Assembly: GCA_947589675.1 (NCBI GenBank)
Contig: CANQCI010000003.1
Span: forward strand, 1-59,834
Reading direction: 5' to 3'
Length of the DNA stretch: 59,834 bases
Source: an uncultured Bacilli bacterium
GTDB taxonomy: Bacteria > Bacillota_I > Bacilli_A > RF39 > UBA660
A program made the translations under genes and the position numbers. Numbering within the stretch: position 1 is the first letter of the stretch; every line of letters starts with the position of its first letter. Under the pieces are notes generated by a model. The model had not been told where the DNA came from. It saw only the letters and a list, made by a program, of their open reading frames with translations, and searched no databases. Below, piece after piece: positions 31,036 to 41,280 of this stretch.

Positions 31036-32154
31036 ATGAAATGGACAATTGAAAAAAATATTATATTAGATGCATTAAATAATGTTACAAAAGCATTATC
31101 ACAAAGGACAACGATACCGGTTTTAAATGGTATTGTCTTTGATATAAGTGAAAAGGGGATAGACTTATTAGCAAGTGATTCAGAATTAACTATCAAAGTA
31201 ACTATTTCAAAAGAGGATATTAAAAATTTAGAAGGACAAGGACGAATAATTATTCAAAGTAAATATTTTTTAGAAATGATTCGGAAAATGCCTGCAGATA
31301 TAATTGATTTTGAAACAGATGAAAACTTAAAAATAAAGATATCAACACCAAATAATCAATACTGTTTAAATTGTTATAATCCAGATGATTATCCGAATAT
31401 TAATATTGAAAAAAGTAAGGAAGCTATAATAATTAAATCAGATATTTTAAAAGAAATTATTAATCAAACATCTTATGCGTTATCAACGCAAGAAGTAAGA
31501 CCCTTATTAACGGGAATTAATTTAAAAATTAATGGTGATATCTTAGAATGTATTGCAACTGACTCATATCGCTTATCGAAGAAGAATTTAAAATTAGGAA
31601 CAGTAGTTAATAATCCAATTAATATTGTTATTCCAGGACGTAGTATTACTGAATTAGAAAAAATAGTTACTGAGGATGATGACATGGAAATTCATGTTTT
31701 TAATAGTAAAATATTATTTATTTATAAAAACATTTATGTTCAAAGTAACTTATTAAATGGTTCTTATCCTGAAACATCTCATTTTATTCCTAATGATTTT
31801 GCTTATATAATTAATTTAAGTGTTAGAGAATTTTATGATGCTGTTGACCGTGCCGCCTTACTTGCACAAAATAAAGAAAAGAACATTATAAAAATGCATA
31901 TAGAAGATAAAGAAATGATAATTACTTCAACATCAAATGAACTAGGAAATGCTGAAGAAAAACTAAAGATTGATAGCAATAATAAAGAACGAATTGAATT
32001 ATCATTTAGTTCTAAATTTATGATGGATGCCTTAAAAGTTATAAAAGAAGATAATATTTTGTTACTATTAAATACTGATGATAAACCAATTTTAATTAAA
32101 CCAGTTACCGATGAGTCATTAATTGAATTAATATTACCAATAAAAACTTATTAA
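31036..32154 (+). CDS. dnaN: DNA polymerase III beta clamp
   Basis: TTIPVLNGI, RPLLTGI, ATDSYRL, C-terminal LILPIKTY. Confidence 0.97.
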   Translation: MKWTIEKNIILDALNNVTKALSQRTTIPVLNGIVFDISEKGIDLLASDSELTIKVTISKEDIKNLEGQGRIIIQSKYFLEMIRKMPADIIDFETDENLKIKISTPNNQYCLNCYNPDDYPNINIEKSKEAIIIKSDILKEIINQTSYALSTQEVRPLLTGINLKINGDILECIATDSYRLSKKNLKLGTVVNNPINIVIPGRSITELEKIVTEDDDMEIHVFNSKILFIYKNIYVQSNLLNGSYPETSHFIPNDFAYIINLSVREFYDAVDRAALLAQNKEKNIIKMHIEDKEMIITSTSNELGNAEEKLKIDSNNKERIELSFSSKFMMDALKVIKEDNILLLLNTDDKPILIKPVTDESLIELILPIKTY

Positions 32155-32159
32155 TTTTG

Positions 32160-32192
32160 TGTTGATAACGTTAAAGTTATCAACATTTCTTT
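32160..32192 (+). terminator. Hairpin after dnaN made of two inverted DnaA-box variants
   Basis: TGTTGATAAC-gttaaa-GTTATCAACA followed by TTTCTTT. Confidence 0.6.
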
Positions 32193-32265
32193 TATATTAG
32201 GAGATATTTCGACATTTTTTGCGGATTAATTATGTTAAGATAGAGCCAATTTTGAGGTGAAAATC

Positions 32266-32712
32266 ATGTTAAATGAATACATAATAAATCAAGGAACTTT
32301 ATATTTTGTATTTAATAAAGACTATATTTTTGTGCAAGAAAAAAATGCTAATTATAAAATTAAAAGTGATCAAATTGCATTGTTTTTAAATAAAAGTTGT
32401 CTTTATTATGGTTCGACATTAACTGGTAGGTTGGTTGCATCTCGGGGGGTTTTAAAAGAAAAATATAAACTACCAATAATGATTAATAATTATCAGCTAA
32501 TCATCTTTTCAACAGGTGGGCAAAAAAAAGCAAATTCAACTTTTTTTGTTTATAATAATATTGTTAATTTTCAACAGTTATCCAAAGCAAAGATTTTAGT
32601 GGAGTTTAAAGGTGGTATCACCCAAGTCTTTAATATTTCGTATAATATTTTTTATAATCAGATCTTAAAAGCTAGTCGGCTTCTTGCAATTTATAATGCT
32701 AGGTGGCAATAA
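32266..32712 (+). CDS. comK: ComK-family competence transcription factor-like protein
   Basis: SCLYYGSTLTGR...YKLPIMI...IIFST resembles the ComK SC.FFGSS..GR...HKPPI motif; GAGGTGA RBS. Confidence 0.75.
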   Translation: MLNEYIINQGTLYFVFNKDYIFVQEKNANYKIKSDQIALFLNKSCLYYGSTLTGRLVASRGVLKEKYKLPIMINNYQLIIFSTGGQKKANSTFFVYNNIVNFQQLSKAKILVEFKGGITQVFNISYNIFYNQILKASRLLAIYNARWQ

Positions 32713-32813
32713 TTAAGCTTTTAAATATACTATATTTGTGTTATAATTATAGGGCGTATAGGTATACATAACTACCTTAAATTTTAAAACTATGTCATAA
32801 ATGAGGCTCGAAA

Positions 32814-33902
32814 ATGAAAATTAGTAGTTTAATATTAAAAAATTTTAGAAACTATAATAAGCTTCAGTTGAACTTTTCCCCAAAATTAAATATAATTTAT
32901 GGAAAAAATGGGACTGGTAAAACTAATTTAGTTGAAGCTATATATGTCTTAGCATTAAGTAAGACATTTCGAATAAATAATGATAAGGTTTTAATAAAAA
33001 AGGGAGCAGAAAATGGTTCTATAGCAGGGGAAATTTTAAAGAATAATAATCAATCTACTTATAAAATTATTATTAGTAATGAGGGTAAAAAAGTAGAAAT
33101 TAATCATACCAAAATTGATAAAATGAGTGATTATGTGGGGAGGATTAATGTTATTTTATTTAATCCAAGTGATACAGGGTTAATTAGTGCTTCTCCAAAC
33201 GATAGAAGATTATTTATTAATATTGAAATAAGTCAACTGTATAAAGAGTACTTAATTGTTTTAACGAAGTATAACCGAATTTTAAAACAGCGAAATAGTT
33301 ATTTGAAACAAGCTTCGCAACATATTAATAAAGATTATTTAGATATTTTGACTCATAAATTAATTGAGTATGGAAAAACAGTTAATAATTATCGAGAAGA
33401 ATTTATCAAAAATATTAATAAATATATTGGCAAAATTTATAATGATATATTTATGCAGGGGGAAATTCAAATTAAGTATGTTTCTACTTATAATAATAAA
33501 GATGAAAATTCTTTATGGCAGATGTATGAAAATAACTATGCTCAGGAAATAAAAACGGGTAAAACAATGTTTGGTATTCATCATGATGATTTTGTTTTTA
33601 AATTAGATAATGAAGTTTTAAAAGAATGGGGTAGTGAGGGACAACGAAAAAATAGTATTATTTCTTTTAAGTTGGCAGAATTAAAAATTATTAATAAAAT
33701 TAAAAAAACTTATCCTATTTTAATATTAGATGATTTATTTAGTGAATTAGATAACGAAAAAATAACTAATATTTTAACAATGTTGAATGATGAAGTCCAA
33801 ACATTTATTACGACAACCGAGATTGATAAAGTAAGTGAAGAGATTATTAACAAGAGTAAAATTTTTGAATGTCTTGGAGGCAAAATTAAGGAGGAAGTAT
33901 GA
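32814..33902 (+). CDS. recF: DNA replication/repair protein RecF
   Basis: [28 protein letters not shown]. Confidence 0.96.
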   Translation: MKISSLILKNFRNYNKLQLNFSPKLNIIYGKNGTGKTNLVEAIYVLALSKTFRINNDKVLIKKGAENGSIAGEILKNNNQSTYKIIISNEGKKVEINHTKIDKMSDYVGRINVILFNPSDTGLISASPNDRRLFINIEISQLYKEYLIVLTKYNRILKQRNSYLKQASQHINKDYLDILTHKLIEYGKTVNNYREEFIKNINKYIGKIYNDIFMQGEIQIKYVSTYNNKDENSLWQMYENNYAQEIKTGKTMFGIHHDDFVFKLDNEVLKEWGSEGQRKNSIISFKLAELKIINKIKKTYPILILDDLFSELDNEKITNILTMLNDEVQTFITTTEIDKVSEEIINKSKIFECLGGKIKEEV

Positions 33903-35827
33903 ATAAAGAACAAGAAAGACATTATTCTGATAATGATATTCAAGTTTTAGAAGGATTAGAAGCGGTCAGAAAACGTCCAGGTATGTATATAGGTAGCACC
34001 GGAGAAAGAGGGCTCCATCACTTAGTATGGGAAATAGTTGACAATGCTGTTGATGAAGCTTTAGCGGGCTTTTGTGATGATATTGAAGTTATTATTGATA
34101 AAGGGAATGTTATTGAAATCCGTGATGATGGTCGAGGAATGCCAACTGGGGTTAATGCGAAAACCGGATTATCAACCATTGAAACGATTTTTACCGTGCT
34201 TCATGCCGGTGGAAAATTTGGAGGCGAAGGCTATAAAGTAAGTGGGGGACTTCATGGTGTTGGTGCTAGTGTTGTTAATGCTTTATCGGAATGGCTAGAA
34301 GTAACTGTTTATCGGGATGGAAAAATCCATTTTCAACGGTTTGAAGATGGAGGAAAACCTAAAGAACCATTGAAAATAATTGGGGATTGTGATGAAAATC
34401 GGACGGGAACTACGGTTAGATTTAAGGCAGATCCGCAAATATTTACGGAAACAACAATTTATAATTATGATATTTTATATAAAAGATTACAAGAAATTGC
34501 TTTCTTAAATAAAGGTTTACGAATTAATTTATATGATGAAAGAGAAGATGAAAAGAAAGAAAGTTTCTTATATAATGGTGGGATTATTGAATATGTGCAA
34601 ATGCTTAATAAGACCAAGCATCCTATTCACGACGATATAATTTATTTAGAGGGAAGTGAAAATGGTATTCAACTAGAAGTAGCTTGTCAATATAATGATA
34701 GCTATACATCTTCTATTTATTCCTTTACGAATAATATTAACACGTATGAAGGGGGAACTCATGAAGATGGGGTAAAAAATGCTTTAACAAGAGTTATCAA
34801 TAGCTATGCTAAAGGGGCAAAGATGTTAAAAGACAACGATGATTCACTAACGGGTGATGATGTTCGAGAAGGTTTAACGATGATTATTTCTTGTAAGCAT
34901 CCCGATCCTCAATTTGAGGGGCAAACGAAAACCAAGCTTGGCAATAGTGAAGTTAAGAAAATTGCCAATGATATATTTTCGAAAGGATTTGAACGTTTTT
35001 TAATGGAAAATCCAGATGCCGCAAAAGTCATAATTGAAAAATGTATGACAGCATCAAGAGCTCGTTTAGCCGCTAAAAAAGCTCGAGAATTAACTCGGCG
35101 AAAAAGTGATTTAGATGTTGTAAATTTTGGTGGAAAACTGGTTGATTGTAAAGAAAAAGATTCATCAGTTTGCGAGATATTCTTAGTCGAAGGGGATAGT
35201 GCCGGTGGTTCAGCGATAAAGGGTAGAGATAGTATGACCCAAGCAATACTTCCTTTGCGAGGGAAAATATTAAATGTCGAAAAAGCTCGTCTTGATAGAG
35301 CATTAAGTAATGAAGAAATAAGAACAATTATAACCGCATTTGGGACGGGAATTGGACAAGAATTTGACCTTAGTAAATTAAGATATAATAAAATTATCAT
35401 TATGACTGATGCCGATGTTGATGGTTCACATATCAGGGTATTATTATTAACGCTTTTCTACCGCTTCTTTCGTCCAATTGTGGAAGAAGGACATGTTTAT
35501 GCGGCTCAACCACCTTTATATTGTATAAAGCATGGAAAAACGATAAAATACGTATTAAATAATGAAGAACGTGATGAATATTTAGCCCCTTTAATTGAAA
35601 AGCATACTAACTATGAAATTACCCGAATGAAAGGGTTAGGCGAAATGGATGCTGAGGAACTAAATGAAACGACTATGGATATTAACAAACGGGTTTTACG
35701 AAAAATTACCGTTGATGATATTATTCAAGCCGATGCCGCATTTAGTAAACTTATGGGTGAAGAAGTAGAACCACGGCGAAAATTTATTGAAGAACGGGCA
35801 GCATATGCCACAAATTTAGATATTTAG
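33899..35827 (+). CDS. gyrB: DNA gyrase subunit B
   Basis: [34 protein letters not shown]. Confidence 0.98.
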   Translation: MNKEQERHYSDNDIQVLEGLEAVRKRPGMYIGSTGERGLHHLVWEIVDNAVDEALAGFCDDIEVIIDKGNVIEIRDDGRGMPTGVNAKTGLSTIETIFTVLHAGGKFGGEGYKVSGGLHGVGASVVNALSEWLEVTVYRDGKIHFQRFEDGGKPKEPLKIIGDCDENRTGTTVRFKADPQIFTETTIYNYDILYKRLQEIAFLNKGLRINLYDEREDEKKESFLYNGGIIEYVQMLNKTKHPIHDDIIYLEGSENGIQLEVACQYNDSYTSSIYSFTNNINTYEGGTHEDGVKNALTRVINSYAKGAKMLKDNDDSLTGDDVREGLTMIISCKHPDPQFEGQTKTKLGNSEVKKIANDIFSKGFERFLMENPDAAKVIIEKCMTASRARLAAKKARELTRRKSDLDVVNFGGKLVDCKEKDSSVCEIFLVEGDSAGGSAIKGRDSMTQAILPLRGKILNVEKARLDRALSNEEIRTIITAFGTGIGQEFDLSKLRYNKIIIMTDADVDGSHIRVLLLTLFYRFFRPIVEEGHVYAAQPPLYCIKHGKTIKYVLNNEERDEYLAPLIEKHTNYEITRMKGLGEMDAEELNETTMDINKRVLRKITVDDIIQADAAFSKLMGEEVEPRRKFIEERAAYATNLDI

Positions 35828-35839
35828 GAGGTTTTTTAA

Positions 35840-38293
35840 ATGGATCATAGTAGAGATAGATTAGAGGAAAATAATATTGTTGATGAAATTGAAAGCTCCT
35901 TTATAGAATATTCAATGAGCGTTATTGTTTCGAGGGCTTTACCTGATTTACGAGATGGTTTAAAACCAGTTCATCGGCGGATTTTATATTCGATGTATGA
36001 ATCTGGTTATACTCCAGATAAGCCTCATAAGAAGAGTGCCCGTATTGTTGGGGATGTCATGGGGAAATATCATCCTCATGGGGACTCAAGTATTTATGAA
36101 GCCATGGTTAGAATGGCTCAAGATTTTAGTTATCGCTATATGCTTGTTGATGGACATGGAAATTTTGGGAATATCGAAGGTTATGGTGCCGCCGCAATGC
36201 GTTATACAGAATCTCGATTATCAAAAATATCTTTAGAATTACTTAGAGATATCAACAAAAATACAGTTGATTTTGGACCTAACTTTGATGAATCAGAAAA
36301 GGAACCATTAATATTACCAAGTAGATTTCCCAACGTTTTAGTTAATGGAACAATGGGAATTGCTGTGGGGATGGCTACTAATATTCCTCCCCATAATTTA
36401 GGCGAAGTTATCGATGGTTGTATTGCTTATATAGATAATCCTGAGATAACCACAACAGAATTAATGCAATATATTAAAGGTCCAGATTTTCCAACAGGTG
36501 GTATTATTTTAGGTAATAGTGGGATAAAACAAGCTTATGAAACCGGAAGAGGTACAGTTACTGTTCGAAGTAAGGCTACAATTGAAGAAAAAAATGGTCG
36601 GCATTATATTATTGTCGATGAAGTTCCATATGGCGTAAATACCTTAGAATTAAAAAATAAGGTAGCAGATTTAGTTCATAATAAAGTACTTGATGGAATA
36701 GCCGATTATCATACTGATTTAAAAAATGGGGTAAAAATTACAATAACTTTAAAAAAGGATGCTAATCCGCAAGTAGTGTTAAATAATTTATATAAACATA
36801 CAGCTTTTCAATCAAATTTTGGGATAATCTTTTTAATGCTTGATAAAGGAGTTCCAAAAACTCTAGGATTAAAAGATATTGTTTCTAAGTATATAGATTA
36901 TCAACGGGAAGTAATTGTTCGCCGTACACAATTTGATTTAGATAAAAATGAAAAAAGAGTTCATATTTTAGAAGGTTTAAAAATTGCTTTAGATAATATC
37001 GATGAAGTAATTAAAATCATTCGTGGGGCGGAAAATGATGAAGAAGCCAAAGCTAAATTGACAAGCCGATTTGGCTTAAGTGATGCCCAAACAACAGCTA
37101 TTTTGGAAATGCGGTTACGTCGTTTAACTGGTTTAGAACGAGATAAAATTGAATCCGAATTAAATGATTTATTAGCAGAAATTCAAAGATTAAGAGAAAT
37201 TTTAGCTGACCCTAAGAAAGTTGATGAAGTTATCAAAAAGGAAATGCTTGAAATTAAAAATAAATTTGGCGATGAAAGAAAAACGCAAATTGATATGACC
37301 GCAGTGGATTATATTGAAGATGAATCTTTAATTCCAAATGAAAATATTTTAGTAGTCCTAACCAACAGTGGTTATATTAAACGAACTACTTCTGACACAT
37401 TTAAGGCTCAAAAACGTGGTGGAGTTGGCGTAAAAGGGATATCTACTCATGATGAAGATTTTGTTACCCATGTGTTAAATTTAAATTCTCATGATTATGT
37501 TCTATTCTTCACTAACAAAGGAAGAGTATATCGATTAAAGGGTTATGAAATACCTGAATTTAGTCGTCAATCTAAAGGCTTACCAATAATTAATTTATTA
37601 TCCTTAGATAAAGACGAGAAAATTAATAATATTTTACCAGTGGAAAAGAATGATGATAGCAAACATTTGTTATTTGCCACTCGTATGGGAATTGTAAAGA
37701 AAACATTATTGTCAGAGTTCGAAAATATTCGAAATAATGGGAAAATATGTATTACATTAAAGCCAGATGACGAACTAATTGATGTTAAAAAAACGACTGG
37801 TTCAAATTTAATTTTACTTGGGTCTTCATCTGGAAGAATGGTAAAATTTAATGAAAATGAAATCCGTAATATGGGAAGAACCGCATCAGGTGTTCGAGGT
37901 ATTAATTTAGGTGAGTCGACTTGTATTTGCTGTGAAGTAGTACATGAAGATGATACCATACTTTTGGTTACGGAAAAGGGTTATGGTAAGCGAACAAATG
38001 TTCGAGATTTTAGACAAACAAAGCGTGGAAGCAAAGGGGTAAAAGCCCTTAATATTACTGAGAAAAATGGTAATTTAGTTGCGACCAAATTGATTTCAGT
38101 AGATAATGACGTAATAATAATGACAGATTCTGGCATGACTGTAAGAATTGCTGTTGACCAAATTTCATTACTTGGAAGAGTAACCCAAGGCTTAAGATTA
38201 ATTAACTTAAAAGATAATCAAAAAGTTGCTACTATAAGTATAGTAAGTAAGGAAGAAATTGATAATACGTCTAGTGATGACACTCAAAATTAG
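35840..38293 (+). CDS. gyrA: DNA gyrase subunit A
   Basis: [17 protein letters not shown], GyrA-box QKRGGVG. Confidence 0.98.
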   Translation: MDHSRDRLEENNIVDEIESSFIEYSMSVIVSRALPDLRDGLKPVHRRILYSMYESGYTPDKPHKKSARIVGDVMGKYHPHGDSSIYEAMVRMAQDFSYRYMLVDGHGNFGNIEGYGAAAMRYTESRLSKISLELLRDINKNTVDFGPNFDESEKEPLILPSRFPNVLVNGTMGIAVGMATNIPPHNLGEVIDGCIAYIDNPEITTTELMQYIKGPDFPTGGIILGNSGIKQAYETGRGTVTVRSKATIEEKNGRHYIIVDEVPYGVNTLELKNKVADLVHNKVLDGIADYHTDLKNGVKITITLKKDANPQVVLNNLYKHTAFQSNFGIIFLMLDKGVPKTLGLKDIVSKYIDYQREVIVRRTQFDLDKNEKRVHILEGLKIALDNIDEVIKIIRGAENDEEAKAKLTSRFGLSDAQTTAILEMRLRRLTGLERDKIESELNDLLAEIQRLREILADPKKVDEVIKKEMLEIKNKFGDERKTQIDMTAVDYIEDESLIPNENILVVLTNSGYIKRTTSDTFKAQKRGGVGVKGISTHDEDFVTHVLNLNSHDYVLFFTNKGRVYRLKGYEIPEFSRQSKGLPIINLLSLDKDEKINNILPVEKNDDSKHLLFATRMGIVKKTLLSEFENIRNNGKICITLKPDDELIDVKKTTGSNLILLGSSSGRMVKFNENEIRNMGRTASGVRGINLGESTCICCEVVHEDDTILLVTEKGYGKRTNVRDFRQTKRGSKGVKALNITEKNGNLVATKLISVDNDVIIMTDSGMTVRIAVDQISLLGRVTQGLRLINLKDNQKVATISIVSKEEIDNTSSDDTQN

Positions 38294-38323
38294 AAATGTT
38301 TCTATAAAACATTTCTTTTTTTT
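38292..38323 (+). terminator. Intrinsic terminator of gyrA
   Basis: AGAAATGTTT-ctata-AAACATTTCT followed by a T-run. Confidence 0.75.
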
Positions 38324-40706
38324 AAACAAAAATAGCAATGTTCCACGTGTAACATTGAATTTTTTGGCGTACTTCCGGGAAATTGGTATACAAATTTCAG
38401 TGAGATGATGGATATGATAATTTTGTATAATATCTAAATTAGGATATATATAATAAGATAAAAAATAATCAAAATAACGATGTTCCACGTGTAACATTGG
38501 ATTTTTTGGCATACTTCTGGGAAGTGAGTATTCAAATTTCAGTGAGATGATATACGATAGTTTTATATAATATCTTTAAGTTATATATAATAAGGATAAA
38601 AAATAATCAAAATAACAATGTTCCACGTGTAACATTTGAATTTTTGGCGTACTTTTGGGAAGTGAGTATTTAAATTTCAGTAAAGATGAGTGAAATAAAA
38701 GAAGAACAGTTTTGTATAACAATTCAAGTTATATATAATAAAGGTAGAAATATATAAAATAACGATGTTCCACGTGTAACATTCGAATTTTTGGCGTACT
38801 TCTGGGAAGTGAGTATACAAATTTCAGTGAGATGATGGATATGATAATTTTGTATAATATCAATATATATAATAAGGATAAAAAATAATCAAAATAACGA
38901 TGTTCCACGTGTAACATTGGATTTTTTGGCGTACTTCTGGGAAATGGGTATTCAGATTTTAGTGAGATAGCGGATAAGAGAAGATTAACTTAAAGGTAAT
39001 AATTAAAACCATAATGATATTTATAATAAGGATAAAAAATAAATAAAATAACGATGTTCCACATGTAACATTCGAATTTTTGGCGTACTTCTGGGAAGTG
39101 GGTATTCAAATTTTAGTGAGATGATGGATACGATAGTTTATATAATATCTAAATTAAGTTATATATAATAAAGATAGAAATATATAAAATAACGATGTTC
39201 CACGTGTAACATTCGAATTTTTGGCGTACTTCTGGGAAGTGGGTATACAAATTTCAGTGAGATGATGGATACGATAGTTTATATAATATCTAAATTAGGA
39301 TATATATAATAAGGATAAAAAATAATAAAATAGCAATGTTCCACGTGTAACATTGGATTTTTTGGCGTACTTATGGGAAATGGGTATTCAGATTTTAGTG
39401 AGATAACGGATAAGAGAAGATTAACTTAAAGGTAATAATTAAAACCATAATGATATATATAATAAGGATAAAAAATAATCAAAATAACGATGTTCCACGT
39501 GTAACATTCGAATTTTTGGCGTACTTTTGGGAAGTGAGTATTTAAATTTCAGTAAAGATGAGTGAAATAAAAGAAGAATAGTTTTGTATAACAATTCAAG
39601 TTATATATAATAAAGATAGAAATATATAAAATAACAATGTTCCACGTGTAACATTCGAATTTTTGGCGTACTTCTGGGAAGTGGGTATACAAATTTCAGT
39701 GAGATGATGGATACGATAGTTTATATAATATCTAAATTAGGATATATATAATAAGGATAAAAAATAATAAAATAGCAATGTTCCACGTGTAACATTGGAT
39801 TTTTTGGCGTACTTCTGGGAAATGGGTATTCAGATTTTAGTGAGATAGCGGATAAGAGAAGATTAACTTAAAGGTAATAATTAAAACCATAATGATATTT
39901 ATAATAAGGATAAAAAATAAATAAAATAACGATGTTCCACGTGTAACATTCGAATTTTTGGCGTACTTCTGGGAAGTGGTTATTCAGATTTCAGTCGACA
40001 TGATGGATAAGAGAAGATTAACTTTAAGTAATAATTTAAACCTTAATGATATATATAATAAGGATAAAAAATAATCAAAATAACGATGTTCCACGTGTAA
40101 CATTGGATTTTTTGGCGTACTTCTGGGAAGTGGGTATTCAAATTTTAGTGAGATGATGGATACGATAGTTTATATAATATCTAAATTAAGTTATATATAA
40201 TAAGGATAGAAATATATAAAATAACGATGTTCCACGTGTAACATTGGATTTTTTGGCGTACTTCTGGGAAATGGGTATTCAGATTTTAGTGAGATAGCGG
40301 ATAAGAGAAGATTAACTTAAAGGTAATAATTAAAACCATAATGATATTTATAATAAGGATAAAAAATAAATAAAATAACGATGTTCCACGTGTAACATTG
40401 GATTTTTTGGCGTACTTCTGGGAAATGGGTATTCAGATTTTAGTGAGATAGCGGATAAGAGAAGATTAACTTAAAGGTAATAATTAAAACCATAATGATA
40501 TTTATAATAAGGATAAAAAATAAATAAAATAACAATGTTCCACGTGTAACATTGGATTTTTTGGCGTACTTCTGGGAAGTGGGTATTCAGATTTCAGTCG
40601 ACATGATGGATAAGAGAAGATTAACTTTAAGTATTAATTTAAACCTTAATTATAATAAGGATAAAAAATAATCAAAATAACGATGTTCCACGTGGAACAT
40701 CGTTAT
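38324..40706. repeat. Tandem array of 16 units (135-154 bp) bounded by 17 parS-type palindromes
   Basis: 16-mers start at 38339, 38481, 38619, 38766, 38901, 39055, 39196, 39337, 39491, 39638, 39779, 39933, 40087, 40228, 40382, 40536, 40684. Fifteen are TGTTCCACGTGTAACA, one is TGTTCCACATGTAACA (39055) and one is TGTTCCACGTGGAACA (40684); compare parS TGTTNCACGTGAAACA. Confidence 0.95.
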
Positions 40707-40707
40707 A

Positions 40708-40736
40708 TTGACAAAAAATATTTTTATTGATAATAT
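40708..40736 (+). promoter_or_regulatory. Sigma-A promoter of SRP RNA
   Basis: TTGACA (40708-40713), 17-bp spacer ending in TGA, then TAATAT (40731-40736). Confidence 0.75.
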
Positions 40737-40742
40737 AAGTAT

Positions 40743-40813
40743 GTGCAACAAGGATGCTGTAACTTGGTCAGAATTGGAAAATAGCAGCCATATCAGCCTC
40801 TACTTGTGTGCAC
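40743..40813 (+). ncRNA. ffs: Small signal recognition particle RNA (4.5S-type)
   Basis: Helix-8 motif GGTCAGAATT-GGAA-AATAGCAGCC, terminal pairing GTGCA.ACAAG / CTTGT.TGCAC, then T7; adjacent to tadA-dnaX. Confidence 0.88.
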
Positions 40814-40838
40814 TTTTTTTATGCAAGGAAGTGAGTAA

Positions 40839-41249
40839 ATGGATTATTGGAATGAAGTTATAAAATTAGCTTTAAAAGCCGCTAAAAAAGGAGAAGTCCC
40901 TGTCGGGGCAATTTTGGTATATAAAAATAGGATAATAGCTCGGGGGTATAATAAACGCGAAAAAAGCAATAATATTCTTGGGCATGCTGAGATTCAGGTA
41001 ATCAAAAAAGCGAACAAATGTTTGCATTGCTGGAAGTTAGACGATTGCGAACTATACGTAAGTTTGAAACCATGTTCAATGTGTGAGGAAATTATAAAAC
41101 AATCTAGGCTTAAAAACGTATATTACTTGTTAGAAAAGCCAACTCAAAAAAAAGAATATTATAAAACGGAATTTATTAAAGATAATAATTATGATTTAGA
41201 AAATGAATATAAGGCAATAATGACAAATTTTTTTAAGAAAATGCGTTAA
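40839..41249 (+). CDS. tadA: tRNA adenosine deaminase
   Basis: GEVPVGA, HAE, PCSMC. Confidence 0.9.
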   Translation: MDYWNEVIKLALKAAKKGEVPVGAILVYKNRIIARGYNKREKSNNILGHAEIQVIKKANKCLHCWKLDDCELYVSLKPCSMCEEIIKQSRLKNVYYLLEKPTQKKEYYKTEFIKDNNYDLENEYKAIMTNFFKKMR

Positions 41250-41280
41250 GTATGATATAATAATTAATACGGAGGATAAC

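Noticed and set aside
38207-38917. ORFs 38207..38512 and 38729..38917 (MLHVEHRYF...)
   Set aside because: These are translations of the repeat. Unit lengths such as 142, 154 and 148 break the frame, and there is no RBS.
38339-40699. Mean period of 146.6 bp equals nucleosome core length
   Set aside because: No histone-like gene is seen in the window and individual units range from 135 to 154 bp; treated as coincidence.
38324-40706. CRISPR array interpretation of the tandem repeat
   Set aside because: The intervening sequences are ~120-140 bp and homologous to each other rather than unique spacers. There are no cas genes in the window, and the conserved core matches parS.
38294-40742. rRNA operon or tRNAs expected after gyrA by Bacillus synteny
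   Set aside because: No rRNA or tRNA-like sequence is recognisable here or elsewhere in the window.
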